32,000 nucleotides of DNA from an uncultured Actinomycetes bacterium (GCA_963843975.1 CAWJMG010000001.1:750001-782000), one strand, 5' to 3'; numbered from the stretch's first letter, positions 1 through 8,863 are shown. Made by a program: numbers and translations. The notes: generated by a model not told the origin, from the sequence alone.

Positions 1-32
1 GCCCCGCCCGGGTGACGCCGTGTGCTCACGCG

Positions 33-1280
33 CTAGAGCTCGACGGCGAGGCGGTCGCGGCCCTCGGCCTTGGCCCGACGCAGCGCCGAGTCGGCGCGCT
101 CGAGCAGCGCGTCTACGTCGTCGCTGATCCGCAGCTGGGCGAGCCCGAAGGACGCCGTACGGAAGAGGGGGTCGTCGCCGCCGAGCAGCTCGGTGCCGGC
201 GACCTCCGCGCGCAGCCGCTCGATGAGCACGAGCGCGCCCTCGAGCCCGGTGTCGGGCAGCAGCAGGCAGAACTCGTCCCCGCCGAACCTGGCCACGACG
301 TCCTCCGCCCGGGCCGCTCCGCGCAGCACGGCGCCCATCGTCGCGAGCACGGCCTCGCCCGCGAGGTGGCCGCGGTCGGTGTTGACGCTCTTCATGTGGT
401 CGAGGTCGACCATCACGGCGATGAGGTCGCGCCCGTGCCGTCGTGCGCGGGAGATCTCGCCTACGGCGACGGTGCGGAAGGACTGCAGCGTCAGAAGCCC
501 CGTCTTGGCGTCGATCCCCGCGAGGAGCAGCGCCTCCTGGGTGCGCAGCGACCGCACCAGCATCCAGACCGACGGCAGGACGAGCAGCGCCGTCACGGGC
601 GACACCGCCAGGAGCGCGAAGACGAGCAGGCCGATGGCCACCCCGGGGGCATCGCGCCGCACCAGCTCCGGCCCGAGCCCCTCCATGTCCTCACCGAGCC
701 CGTCGGCGACGTCGAGGTGCCGGAGGTGGGCGACCACCTCGACCGCGAGGTACGTCGCCCCGGAGGCCGCCAGGCCGATCACGCGGATGGTGTCGTCGGG
801 CATCGCTGAGTCGGCGGCGAGCAGCGTCGCGAGCTCGTAGGCGAGCATTGCGATCGACATAGCCGCGGTGCGGATTGCCGCGTTGAGGGCGAGGCGTCTC
901 CGGTCGCGACGCCATGCCGACGCCAGCGCCACGACGGGGAAGGCGAGGGGCGGCACGAGCAGCGCGGCGCCGATGAGCACCGCGCCGGTCGCGTCGAAGA
1001 CGACCGTCCGCTCGCCGCGCGAGCGCCCGAGCCGCGCCCGCACGCGGTTGCCGGCAAGGGCGAGGGTGCACAGCAGCGGGACGAGCCACAGGTGGTCGTG
1101 CTCGGTCCAGGCCTCGTGGACCGGGTCGTAGAGCACGATGGCTGCGACCCACGAGACGGCGGTGATGGCCGCGAGCTCGAGGCCCGCGCGGCGCATGCGC
1201 CCCCGCGCCCGCCGTGCCTGCGCGCCCAGGTCGCTCCGGTCGGTGATGTCGACCTGCAGGTCCTCGTGCTCGTGGAACAT
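33..1280 (-). CDS. membrane-anchored diguanylate cyclase (GGDEF domain)
   Basis: ORF 33..1412(-). The C-terminus carries RFGGDEFCLLLPD, with an RAED (RxxD) I-site five residues upstream and a DLDHMKSVNTDRGHLAGE core. The N-terminal ~250 aa is hydrophobic and multi-pass. Start placed at ATG 1280 (MFHEHEDL) because GGGAGGGG lies 5 nt upstream. The ORF-track start at 1412 is the alternative. Confidence 0.85.
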   Translation of the reverse strand: MFHEHEDLQVDITDRSDLGAQARRARGRMRRAGLELAAITAVSWVAAIVLYDPVHEAWTEHDHLWLVPLLCTLALAGNRVRARLGRSRGERTVVFDATGAVLIGAALLVPPLAFPVVALASAWRRDRRRLALNAAIRTAAMSIAMLAYELATLLAADSAMPDDTIRVIGLAASGATYLAVEVVAHLRHLDVADGLGEDMEGLGPELVRRDAPGVAIGLLVFALLAVSPVTALLVLPSVWMLVRSLRTQEALLLAGIDAKTGLLTLQSFRTVAVGEISRARRHGRDLIAVMVDLDHMKSVNTDRGHLAGEAVLATMGAVLRGAARAEDVVARFGGDEFCLLLPDTGLEGALVLIERLRAEVAGTELLGGDDPLFRTASFGLAQLRISDDVDALLERADSALRRAKAEGRDRLAVEL

Positions 1281-1484
1281 GCGCGCCCCTCCCGAGAGAC
1301 CGGGCCCCCTGGCCCGTGGGTGAAGCAGATCAGCGCGCGCGTGCGTGCGGCAGCGGGTGAGTGTCCGGAAGTCGGTCGGGCGAACGTCCCATCCGGAGCA
1401 GCCCGAGGTCACCCTGCGTGCTCGGGCCGGTCCGTTCCTGACCCGGTCATCATCCGAACGACCCGCCCGGCGGACAGCGGTGGT

Positions 1485-1510
1485 GACGGAGCGGCGTCGG
1501 CTGCTCCGTC
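1485..1510 (-). terminator. candidate hairpin downstream of ideR
   Basis: GACGGAGC (1485-1492) pairs with GCTCCGTC (1503-1510), loop 10 nt, about 20 nt after the ideR stop. No U-tract. Confidence 0.3.
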
Positions 1511-1529
1511 CGGGGGAGGCTCGGGAGGT

Positions 1530-2213
1530 CTAGCCCTTCGTCACGAAGACGTGCGACGCCGTGGCCGCGTCGAGCTCGGCGTACTCGCCGGCACTGCCCA
1601 CCAGCACGCCGCCGGGCGACGCGACGACCTTGACCGTGGCCGAGGGGACGACGCCGGCGCGGTGCAGCGAGGCCATGAGCGCGGCGTCGTTCTGGATCGG
1701 CTCGCCGATGCGCGCGACGGTGACGCGGGTGGAGCTCTCGCCGCCCACCTTGTCGAGGGTGAGCAGGCCGCTGAGGTCGGCCGACGCGCTGTCGCGGTCG
1801 AGCTCCTCGAGGCCCGGGATCGGGTTGCCGTACGGCGAGACCGTGGGGTTCTTGAGCAGCTCGAGGATGCGGCGCTCGACGCGCTCGCTCATCACGTGCT
1901 CCCAGCGGCAGGCCTCTGCGTGGACGTCCTCCCACTCCAGGCCGATGATCTCGACGAGGAGGCACTCGGCCAGGCGGTGCTTGCGCATCACGCGGGTGGC
2001 CATCGCGCGGCCGGCCTCGCTGAGCTCGAGGTGGCGGTCGCCCTCGACGCTGAGCAGGCCGTCCCGCTCCATGCGCGCGACCGTCTGCGAGACCGTCGGG
2101 CCGGACTGGCCGAGGCGCTCGGCGATGCGGGCCCGCAGCGGGACGATGCCCTCTTCCTCGAGCTCGAAGATCGTGCGGAGATACATCTCCGTGGTGTCGA
2201 TGAGGTCGCTCAC
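1530..2213 (-). CDS. ideR: iron-dependent transcriptional repressor, DtxR/IdeR family with C-terminal SH3-like domain
   Basis: C-terminal 227 aa of ORF 1530..3791(-). VSDLIDTTEMYLRTIFELEEEGIVPLRARIAERLGQSGPTVSQTVARMERDGLL and HAEACRWEHVMSE closely match the IdeR HTH and metal-site residues as I remember them (Met10, Cys102, Glu105, His106 equivalents). GTG start at 2213 gives the canonical N-terminus. The upstream part of the ORF is antisense to phr and is a high-GC artefact. Confidence 0.9.
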   Translation of the reverse strand: MSDLIDTTEMYLRTIFELEEEGIVPLRARIAERLGQSGPTVSQTVARMERDGLLSVEGDRHLELSEAGRAMATRVMRKHRLAECLLVEIIGLEWEDVHAEACRWEHVMSERVERRILELLKNPTVSPYGNPIPGLEELDRDSASADLSGLLTLDKVGGESSTRVTVARIGEPIQNDAALMASLHRAGVVPSATVKVVASPGGVLVGSAGEYAELDAATASHVFVTKG

Positions 2214-2372
2214 GGCCGGCTGCGTCCTTTGCTGGTGGTGCTCGGGCAGATCACTCGCGCGCCCATCTTGTCCTACCGCTGCCGAGCGACGCAGCCTTCC
2301 CTGTCCTAACCCCGAGTCTCTCGCGTCACGTCCCGACCTGCGGCCCTGGCGTCGCGCGCCTAGCCTCGAGCC

Positions 2373-3752
2373 GTGCCGAGCGTCCTGTGGTTCCGTCGAG
2401 ATCTCCGCAGGCACGACAACCCGGCCCTGCTGGAGGCGCTCGCAGCGGCGCAGGCGGACGGAGACACCGGCGTCGTCGCCCTCTTCGTGCTCGACCCCGT
2501 GCTCTGGGAGTCGTCCGGCGCGGTCCGGCGCACCTGCCTCGTCCGTTCGCTGCAGGCGCTCGACGACACCCTGGACGGCCGCCTCGTCGTGCGCCACGGC
2601 GACCCGACCGTGCTCGTGCCCGAGGTGGCCGCCGCGGCCGGAGCGACGACCGTGCACATCGCCTCGGACTTCGCGCCGTACGGCGCCCGCCGCGACGCTC
2701 TCGTCGCCGACTCCCTCGGCGCCGAGGGCCGGCGGCTGGTCGCGACCGGCTCGCCGTACGCCGTCGCACCGGGCCGCGTGGTCAAGGGCGACGGGACGCC
2801 GTACCGCGTCTACACGCCGTTCTTCAAGGTGTGGTCCGCGCACGGCTGGCGCGCCCCGGCACCCGACCCGGAGGCGTGGCCCGACTGGCGGATGGACGAG
2901 ACCGGGCCGCTCGCGTGCGACGGCATCCCCGACGAGCCCGACCTCGGCAGCACCGTCCTGCCTCCCTCGGGCGAGGAGGCGGCGCTCGCCAGGTGGGACG
3001 AGTTCCGCGCCGACGGGCTCGCGTCGTACGCCGACCTGCGCGACCGCGCCGACCTCGCCGGCACGTCGGGCCTCTCGACGCACCTGAAGTGGGGCGAGAT
3101 CCATCCGCGCACGCTGCTCGCCGACCTCGGGGACTCGCGCGGCGAGGAGGTGTTCCGCAAGGAGATCGCGTGGCGCGAGTTCTACGCCGACGTCCTCCAC
3201 CACGCGCCGGACTCCGCGCGCACGTGGCTCGACCCGCGGTTCGCACGCATGGAGCACGACGCCGGGCCGGTCGCCGATGCGCGCTTCGAGGCGTGGTCGC
3301 AGGGACGGACGGGCTACCCGTTCGTCGACGCGGGCATGCGCCAGCTGCTCGCGGAGGGCTGGGTCCACAACCGCGTGCGGATGGTGGTCGCGAGCTTCCT
3401 GGTGAAGGACCTCCACCTGCCCTGGCAGCGCGGCGCTCGCTGGTTCATGCAGCACCTGCGCGACGGCGACCTCGCGAGCAACCAGCAGGGCTGGCAGTGG
3501 GTCGCCGGCAGCGGCACCGACGCGTCGCCGTACTTCCGCATCTTCAACCCGGTGACGCAGAGCCTGCGCTTCGACCCCGACGGCGACTACGTGCGCCGCT
3601 ACGTGCCTGAGCTGCGCGGGCTCACGGGCAAGGACGTGCACGAGCCGTGGAAGGCACCTCTGCTCGCTCCCGACTATCCGGCCCCCGTCGTCGACCACGG
3701 CGAGGAGCGCGACGAGTCCTTGCGGCGGTATGCCGCGCTCAAGGAGCAGTAG
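2373..3752 (+). CDS. phr: deoxyribodipyrimidine (CPD) photolyase
   Basis: 459 aa with GTG start. N-terminus VLWFRRDLRRHDNPAL. FAD-binding region WREFY, GYPFVDAGMRQL, GWVHNRVRMVVASFLVKDL and NQQGWQWVAGSGTDASPYFRIFNP. Confidence 0.9.
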   Translation: MPSVLWFRRDLRRHDNPALLEALAAAQADGDTGVVALFVLDPVLWESSGAVRRTCLVRSLQALDDTLDGRLVVRHGDPTVLVPEVAAAAGATTVHIASDFAPYGARRDALVADSLGAEGRRLVATGSPYAVAPGRVVKGDGTPYRVYTPFFKVWSAHGWRAPAPDPEAWPDWRMDETGPLACDGIPDEPDLGSTVLPPSGEEAALARWDEFRADGLASYADLRDRADLAGTSGLSTHLKWGEIHPRTLLADLGDSRGEEVFRKEIAWREFYADVLHHAPDSARTWLDPRFARMEHDAGPVADARFEAWSQGRTGYPFVDAGMRQLLAEGWVHNRVRMVVASFLVKDLHLPWQRGARWFMQHLRDGDLASNQQGWQWVAGSGTDASPYFRIFNPVTQSLRFDPDGDYVRRYVPELRGLTGKDVHEPWKAPLLAPDYPAPVVDHGEERDESLRRYAALKEQ

Positions 3753-3847
3753 GTCCCGACGGCGGTCCTCTGCGTGCGGCGTGGCTGCCACGCGACCCTC
3801 TGACGTGGGACGATGCGCCGACGACGGACACGAGCGCGGGAGGTGCG

Positions 3848-4699
3848 ATGGCTGCGAGCAGCACGGTCGCGCCCCTGTCCTGCGCGGTGGTCGCGCAGAA
3901 GGGCGGCGTGGGCAAGACGACCACGCTGCTCGGCATCGCCGGAGCCGCCTGGGAGCGTGGCCTGCGCACCCTCGTCGTCGACCTCGACCCGCAGGCCAAC
4001 GCCACCGCCGCGCTCGATCCTGCGTCGACGGCGTACACGACCAACGACGTCCTCGCCGACGCCCGCCCGGGTGTGGCCGCGGACGCGATCGTGGCGTCGG
4101 GCTGGGGCCACGGCGTCGACGTCCTGCCGGCCGAGCGGGTGCTCGAGCACCGCGCGGTGCCCGAGGGCCGCGACTCGGCGCTGCGGCTGCGGATCGCGCT
4201 CGAGGGCGTGATCGACCGCTACGACGTCGTGCTCGTCGACTGCCCGCCGTCGCTCGGCGAGCTCACGCGCAACGCGCTGTCCGCCGTACGCCTGGCGCTG
4301 GTGGTGACCGAGCCCTCGTTCTTCGCGCTGCCGGGAGCGGCCGCTGCGCTCGAGGCGATCGAGGTCGTGCACGGCTCCAACAACCTCGTGCTGCGCGCGG
4401 CCGGGGTGCTCGTCAACCGCGCCAGGCCGCAGACCAGCGAGCACGCCTACCGCCTGGCGGAGCTCGCCGAGCACTACCCGACCCTGCTGCTGCCCGTGAC
4501 GGTGCCGGACCGTACGGCGATCCAGCAGGCGCAGGGCGCGTGCGTCCCCGTGCAGGCGTGGCGCTCGACGGGCGCGCGCGAGGCCGCCGACGCGTACGAC
4601 GACGTGCTCGACCTGCTGCTGCTCGAGGCCGCCCGCGGCGTCGCCGGGCTCGGCCACCTGTCCACGTCACTCACCTCGACCGGGACGGACCCGACATGA
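3848..4699 (+). CDS. ParA/Soj/MinD-family P-loop ATPase (orphan ParA-like)
   Basis: Deviant Walker A AQKGGVGKTTT, A-prime LVVDLDPQANAT, Walker B VVLVDCPPS. ATG 3848 is preceded by GGGAGGTG. The ORF-track extension back to 3647 has no support. Confidence 0.85.
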   Translation: MAASSTVAPLSCAVVAQKGGVGKTTTLLGIAGAAWERGLRTLVVDLDPQANATAALDPASTAYTTNDVLADARPGVAADAIVASGWGHGVDVLPAERVLEHRAVPEGRDSALRLRIALEGVIDRYDVVLVDCPPSLGELTRNALSAVRLALVVTEPSFFALPGAAAALEAIEVVHGSNNLVLRAAGVLVNRARPQTSEHAYRLAELAEHYPTLLLPVTVPDRTAIQQAQGACVPVQAWRSTGAREAADAYDDVLDLLLLEAARGVAGLGHLSTSLTSTGTDPT

Positions 4700-5367
4700 C
4701 CAACCCCACCCCGCGCCCTGCGCTGCGCAAGGCCGAGGACGCCGACGTCCACCCCGCCGCCCCGGTGCCGGCCCGCCGGCCCCGCAGCACCAGCGCTGCC
4801 CCGGACGCAGCAGCGACCTCGACCCCGCCTGCTCCCGCACCCTCGAAGTCCCCGGCGTCGGCGCCCGCGACGTCGGCCGCCGCCACGAAGTCCGCGCCAC
4901 CGGCGAAGCCTCCGGCCACGAAGCGGGCAGGCTCCTCGTCCGCCCCGGCCAAGGCCGCCGGAGGTGCCGGCGTCGAGGCGGCCCCCGCGCCGGCTGCAGC
5001 AAGCGCCGCCGAGGCCGAGCTCGCGGCAGCACCCATCGCGACGCCGAAGAAGTCCAAGCGCTACCAGACCCCGCCGGCCGTACCGGTGAAGAACAAGCGC
5101 AAGCGCACCGGCTTCGGAGGGACGACGTCCGACCACCTGCGCCGCAGCGACGCGCCCGCGGCGGCCGCGGCCCTCGACGCCGACAAGGCCGCGAAGAAGC
5201 GCCGCAAGGCCGACGCCGAGCTCATGACCGGATCGCTCGCGACGGTGAAGGTGACGCTGCCGAAGAAGCTGCGCAAGGCCGCCGAGAAGGAGGCCGCCCA
5301 CCGTGGCCTCGACCTCGACGCCGTTGTCGCCGACCTCCTCCACACCTGGCTCACCACCCGCCCCTGA
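4696..5367 (+). CDS. Pro/Ala/Lys-rich protein with predicted C-terminal ribbon-helix-helix, ParA partner candidate
   Basis: ATG 4696 overlaps the ParA stop (ATGA 4696-4699). It lies in the frame of ORF 3730..5367. About 150 aa are low complexity (APAPSKSPASAPATSAAATKSAPPAKPPATKRA), with basic patches (KKSKR, KNKRKR, KKRRK). The C-terminus VKVTLPKKLRKAAEKEAAHRGLDLDAVVADLLHTWL has a strand-helix-helix pattern. The fold assignment is an inference. Confidence 0.6.
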   Translation: MTNPTPRPALRKAEDADVHPAAPVPARRPRSTSAAPDAAATSTPPAPAPSKSPASAPATSAAATKSAPPAKPPATKRAGSSSAPAKAAGGAGVEAAPAPAAASAAEAELAAAPIATPKKSKRYQTPPAVPVKNKRKRTGFGGTTSDHLRRSDAPAAAAALDADKAAKKRRKADAELMTGSLATVKVTLPKKLRKAAEKEAAHRGLDLDAVVADLLHTWLTTRP

Positions 5368-5382
5368 CCCGGTCGGATGTCG

Positions 5383-5433
5383 CCCCTTAGGGTCACGAAG
5401 TGCCCTTCAAGGGCGCTTCCTGACCCTCAGGGG
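5383..5433. terminator. long hairpin, bidirectional terminator between convergent genes
   Basis: 51-nt hairpin checked base by base: 24 paired positions (21 Watson-Crick, 1 G-U, 2 mismatches at 5388/5428 and 5396/5420) and a TCA triloop (5407-5409). It sits between the stop at 5367(+) and the stop at 5449(-). Confidence 0.6.
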
Positions 5434-5448
5434 AACCAAGAACGTGGG

Positions 5449-6732
5449 TCAGGGGGCTGGGTTCTCGGCGTCGTACGTGAGGAAGGCCGGGTACTTCGCC
5501 ACCAGGGCTGCGGTGACGGCGATGCAGGCGATGCCGCCGCTCACGACCGAGAACGTCTCGCCGGCCAGCGCCGCGACCGCGCCGGACTCGACGTCGCCGA
5601 GGCGAGGACCGCCCGCGACGACGACGGTGAACACGCCCTGCAGCCGGCCGCGGAACTCGTCCGGCGTCGCCGACTGCAGCATCGTCGAGCGGAACACTGC
5701 GCTGACGTTGTCGGCCGCACCGGCGAGGGCGAGCATCAACGCCGCCAGGGGCAGCCAGCTCACGAGGCCGAACACCGCGATCGTGAGACCCCACGCGAAG
5801 ATCGACAGGATGATCGCGAGGCCGTGCCGCCGGACGCGTCCGAGCGGCCCCGACAGGATCCCGGAGACCAGCGCCCCCGCAGCCGGAGCGGCGTAGAGGA
5901 TGCCGGCCGCGGTCGCTGCCATCTTCAGGTCGTCGGGGTACATCGCTGCCGCGATCGCCGGGAAGAGAGCGCGCGGCATCCCGAACACCATCGCCGCGAT
6001 GTCGACGTAGAACGACATCTGCAGGTTGTGCTTGCCACGCAGGAAGCGCAGGCCGTCGCCGACCGCAGCCCAGCCGCGTCGCTGGTCGGCCGAGGCACCC
6101 TCGGGCGGCACCGGCCGCAGTCGCCACATCGCGTAGACGACGCCGGTGAAGAACACGAGGTCGGCGGCGTACGCCCACGCGACTCCCCCGGTGGCCGCGA
6201 TCACGAAGCCGCCGAGCAGCGGACCGACCGTGAAGCCGAGGCCCCACGCCAGCATGCCGAGCGCGTTCGCCGCCGGCAGCATCTCGGCGCCGATGAGCCG
6301 CGGGATGATCGCCTGCCGCGCCGGGTTGCCGATCGCGAAGAACGCCGACTGCACCGCGACCACGCCGTACAGCAGCGCGACCGACCCCAGCCCGAGCGCC
6401 GACTGCACCACCAGGATCGCGGCGCAGCCCATGAGCCCGAACGCCGCCAGCAGGCCGAGCGAGCGCCGGTCGTGCGTGTCGGACAGCGCCCCGCCGTACA
6501 GGCCGAAGCCGATGAGCGGCACGAGCTGGAACAGGCCTACGAGGCCGACGGCCAGCGACGACTGCGTGATCGCGTAGACCTGGATGCCGACGGCGACCGC
6601 CGTCATCTGCTGGCCGATGTTGCTCACGCCGTGGGCGAGGATGATGCGCCGATAGTCCGCCGACACCCGCAGGGGCGAGAGATCGGCGAAGAGGCGGGCC
6701 ACGAGCGACGACCCTACGTGGCCGCGGCCCAA
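5449..6732 (-). CDS. MFS transporter (EntS/MFS_3-like)
   Basis: 427-aa hydrophobic ORF with about 12 predicted helices. The N-terminus LSPLRVSADYRRIILAHGVSNIGQQM resembles ENTS-type exporters. The ORF-track start is TTG 6732. GTG 6702 (VARLFADL) is an alternative start. Confidence 0.8.
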   Translation of the reverse strand: MGRGHVGSSLVARLFADLSPLRVSADYRRIILAHGVSNIGQQMTAVAVGIQVYAITQSSLAVGLVGLFQLVPLIGFGLYGGALSDTHDRRSLGLLAAFGLMGCAAILVVQSALGLGSVALLYGVVAVQSAFFAIGNPARQAIIPRLIGAEMLPAANALGMLAWGLGFTVGPLLGGFVIAATGGVAWAYAADLVFFTGVVYAMWRLRPVPPEGASADQRRGWAAVGDGLRFLRGKHNLQMSFYVDIAAMVFGMPRALFPAIAAAMYPDDLKMAATAAGILYAAPAAGALVSGILSGPLGRVRRHGLAIILSIFAWGLTIAVFGLVSWLPLAALMLALAGAADNVSAVFRSTMLQSATPDEFRGRLQGVFTVVVAGGPRLGDVESGAVAALAGETFSVVSGGIACIAVTAALVAKYPAFLTYDAENPAP

Positions 6733-6757
6733 CCAGCCCGGGCGCAGCGGCCGCCCA

Positions 6758-7477
6758 TCACGGGCTGAGGCGCTGCACCCGCCACGCGGACGCGTCGTCC
6801 AGGGCGGACGGCGACGCGTCGTCGACCCGCACGAACCGCAGCCGGTCGTGCAGCCGCGAGGGGCGGCCCTGCCAGAACTCCACCGAGACCGGGCGGACGA
6901 CGTACCCGCCCCAGGCGTCCGGCAGCGGCACGTCGGACGCCGAGCCGGTGTCGGGGAAGGCCGCGGCGAGCTCGGCGTACCGCGCCTTGAGCACGTCGCG
7001 CGAGGCGATCACGGTCGACTGGGCCGACGCCCACGCACCGAGGCGCGAGCCGTACGGACGGGACGAGAAGTACTCGCGGGCCTCGTTCCGCGACACCTGG
7101 TCGACCTCGCCGACCACGACCACCTGCCGCGTGAGGGCGTACCAGGGGAAGGTCAGCGAGGCGCGTGGGTTGGCCGACAGCGCCCGACCCTTGCGCGACT
7201 GGAGGTTGGAGTAGAAGACGAAGCCGCGCGGATCGGCCGTCTTGAGCAGGACGCTGCGACCGCTGGGCACGCCGTCGGCGTCGGACGTCGACAGCACCAT
7301 CGCGTTGGGCTCGACGACCCCGGCCTCGACGGCGTCGCCCAGCCAGGCGCTGAACTGCGCCAGCGGGGTCGCCGCCAGGTCGGCCTCGAGCAGACGGCCC
7401 TGGTCGTAGTGCAGGCGCATGCCGGCGAGGTCGTGCGGGGGCTCGGCGCCGGTCGGCCGCGCCTCGAGGTCGCTCAT
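6758..7477 (-). CDS. pdxH: pyridoxamine 5'-phosphate oxidase
   Basis: C-terminal 239 aa of ORF 6758..7789(-). Motifs: EPNAMVLSTSDADGVPSGRSVLLK, GFVFYSNLQSRKGRAL, SRPYGSRLGAWASAQS, WGGYVVRPVSVEFWQGRPSRLHDR. ATG 7477 (MSDLEARP) is preceded by GGGAGGA. Confidence 0.9.
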   Translation of the reverse strand: MSDLEARPTGAEPPHDLAGMRLHYDQGRLLEADLAATPLAQFSAWLGDAVEAGVVEPNAMVLSTSDADGVPSGRSVLLKTADPRGFVFYSNLQSRKGRALSANPRASLTFPWYALTRQVVVVGEVDQVSRNEAREYFSSRPYGSRLGAWASAQSTVIASRDVLKARYAELAAAFPDTGSASDVPLPDAWGGYVVRPVSVEFWQGRPSRLHDRLRFVRVDDASPSALDDASAWRVQRLSP

Positions 7478-7721
7478 GCAGCCATCCTCCCGCGTGGGCA
7501 GCCGGGCCGCGCGGTACGCCGTCAGCTCCGCCCCAGCAGGCGAACGGGCGCCCGATCTGGCCCTCGGCCCGCACGACGGACAGCGGTTTGCCAGGATGGG
7601 CGCAGGCGACAGGGATCCCACCGGGTCCCGGAGCCGTCGGAGGGTCACCTCCGGAGCCCCTCCCACAGGTGGGGTGCACATCGGCGCCCCGCACCGCGCC
7701 ACGACGAACGGGAGCACGCGC

Positions 7722-8849
7722 ATGTCGGACTTCGTCCCGGGCCTCGAGGGCGTCATCGCCTTCGAGACGGAGATCGCCGAGCCGGACAAGGAAGGCAGCG
7801 CGCTGCGCTACCGCGGCGTCGACATCGAGGACCTCGTCGGCCGGGTCTCCTACGGCAACGTGTGGGGCCTGCTCGTCGACAACGAGTTCAACCCCGGCCT
7901 GCCCCCCGCCGAGCCGTTCCCGATCCCGGTGCACTCGGGCGACGTGCGCGTCGACGTGCAGTCGGCCCTCGCGATGCTCGCCCCGGCCTGGGGCCTCGAG
8001 CCGCTTCTCGACATCGACGACGACAAGGCTCGCGACGAGCTCGCGCGCGCGTCGGTCATGGCGATGTCGTTCGTGGCGCAGAGCGCCCGCGGCATCGGCA
8101 AGCCGATGATCCCCCAGAGCCGCATCGACGAGGCGCAGACCGTCGTCGAGCGCATGCTCATCCGCTGGCGCGGCGAGCCCGACCCCAAGCACGTGCAGGC
8201 GGTCGACGCCTACTTCGTGTCTGCGGCCGAGCACGGCATGAACGCCTCGACCTTCACCGCCCGCGTCATCGCCTCGACCGGCGCCGACGTCGCGGCCGCG
8301 CTCTCCGGCGCAGTCGGCGCGATGTCCGGTCCGCTGCACGGCGGCGCCCCGGCCCGCGTGCTCACCATGATCGAAGGCGTCGAGCAGGACGGCGACGCCC
8401 GCCACTACGTCCGCGGCGTGCTCGACAAGGGCGACCGCCTCATGGGCTTCGGCCACCGCGTGTACCGCGCTGAGGACCCGCGCGCCCGCGTGCTGCGCCG
8501 CACGGCGCGCGAGCTCGACGCCCCGCGCTACGAGGTCGCCGTCGCCCTCGAGCAGGCGGCACTGGCCGAGCTGCGCGAGCGCCGTCCCGACCGTGTCCTC
8601 GAGACCAACGTCGAGTTCTGGGCCGCGATCGTCCTGGACTTCGCCCAGGTGCCCGCGCACATGTTCACCTCGATGTTCACGTGCGCCCGTCTCGCGGGCT
8701 GGAGCGCGCACATCCTCGAGCAGAAGCGCACCGGCCGCCTGATCCGCCCGAGCGCCCGGTACGTCGGCCCCGCCCCCCGCAAGCCCGAGCAGGTGCCCGG
8801 CTGGGACGCCAAGATGGTCGCGCCGAGCGGCTACGAGCCCTCCTCCTAG
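7722..8849 (+). CDS. citA: citrate synthase (short, CitA / type 2-like)
   Basis: C-terminal 375 aa of ORF 7419..8849(+). Motifs: GLEGVIAFETEIAEPD, AAEHGMNASTFTARV, GAMSGPLHGGAP, LMGFGHRVYRAEDPRA, NVEFWAAIV. ATG 7722 is preceded by GGGAG. Confidence 0.9.
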   Translation: MSDFVPGLEGVIAFETEIAEPDKEGSALRYRGVDIEDLVGRVSYGNVWGLLVDNEFNPGLPPAEPFPIPVHSGDVRVDVQSALAMLAPAWGLEPLLDIDDDKARDELARASVMAMSFVAQSARGIGKPMIPQSRIDEAQTVVERMLIRWRGEPDPKHVQAVDAYFVSAAEHGMNASTFTARVIASTGADVAAALSGAVGAMSGPLHGGAPARVLTMIEGVEQDGDARHYVRGVLDKGDRLMGFGHRVYRAEDPRARVLRRTARELDAPRYEVAVALEQAALAELRERRPDRVLETNVEFWAAIVLDFAQVPAHMFTSMFTCARLAGWSAHILEQKRTGRLIRPSARYVGPAPRKPEQVPGWDAKMVAPSGYEPSS

Positions 8850-8863
8850 GCGGCAGACCTACC

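Noticed and set aside
2214-2372. Looked for an IdeR iron box (TTAGGTTAGGCTAACCTAA-like) in the ideR-phr divergent region and elsewhere, for example upstream of the EntS-like MFS gene.
   Set aside because: Only a CTAACC half-site fragment is present near 2306-2311, and the partner half shows no match. There is no supportable operator.
2214-3791. N-terminal extension of the ideR ORF (753 aa in the track). Analogous extensions are 15246-16190 (fahA), 21358-22101 (oxidoreductase), 29749-30123 (permease), 19234-19515 (hydrolase) and 3730-4695 (ParA partner).
   Set aside because: The extensions overlap well-supported genes on the other strand or in another frame, and they lack protein-like composition. 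Internal starts with Shine-Dalgarno sequences or stop-start overlaps give canonical N-termini.
4780-5060. Repetitive-looking GCC/CCG-rich DNA, considered as a possible tandem repeat or CRISPR-like array.
   Set aside because: It has no regular repeat-spacer periodicity. It is simply the coding sequence of the Pro/Ala-rich low-complexity segment of the ParA-partner protein.
7478-7721. Short palindromes and repeats (GGGATCCC at about 7612-7619, duplicated CCGGAGCC) in the pdxH-citA divergent region, considered as possible operators.
   Set aside because: These are short GC-rich motifs of the kind expected by chance at this base composition. No convincing dyad of operator length is present.
6714-8711. 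665-aa ORF on the minus strand spanning pdxH and citA. Similar long ORFs include 12..809(+), 1092..2309(+), 5377..6768(+), 9383..10339(-), 10427..11563(-) and 22249..23373(+).
   Set aside because: Their translations are Arg/Gly/Pro/Ala-rich low-information strings that lie antisense to, or out of frame with, genes carrying clear family motifs. These are typical shadow ORFs of very high-GC DNA.
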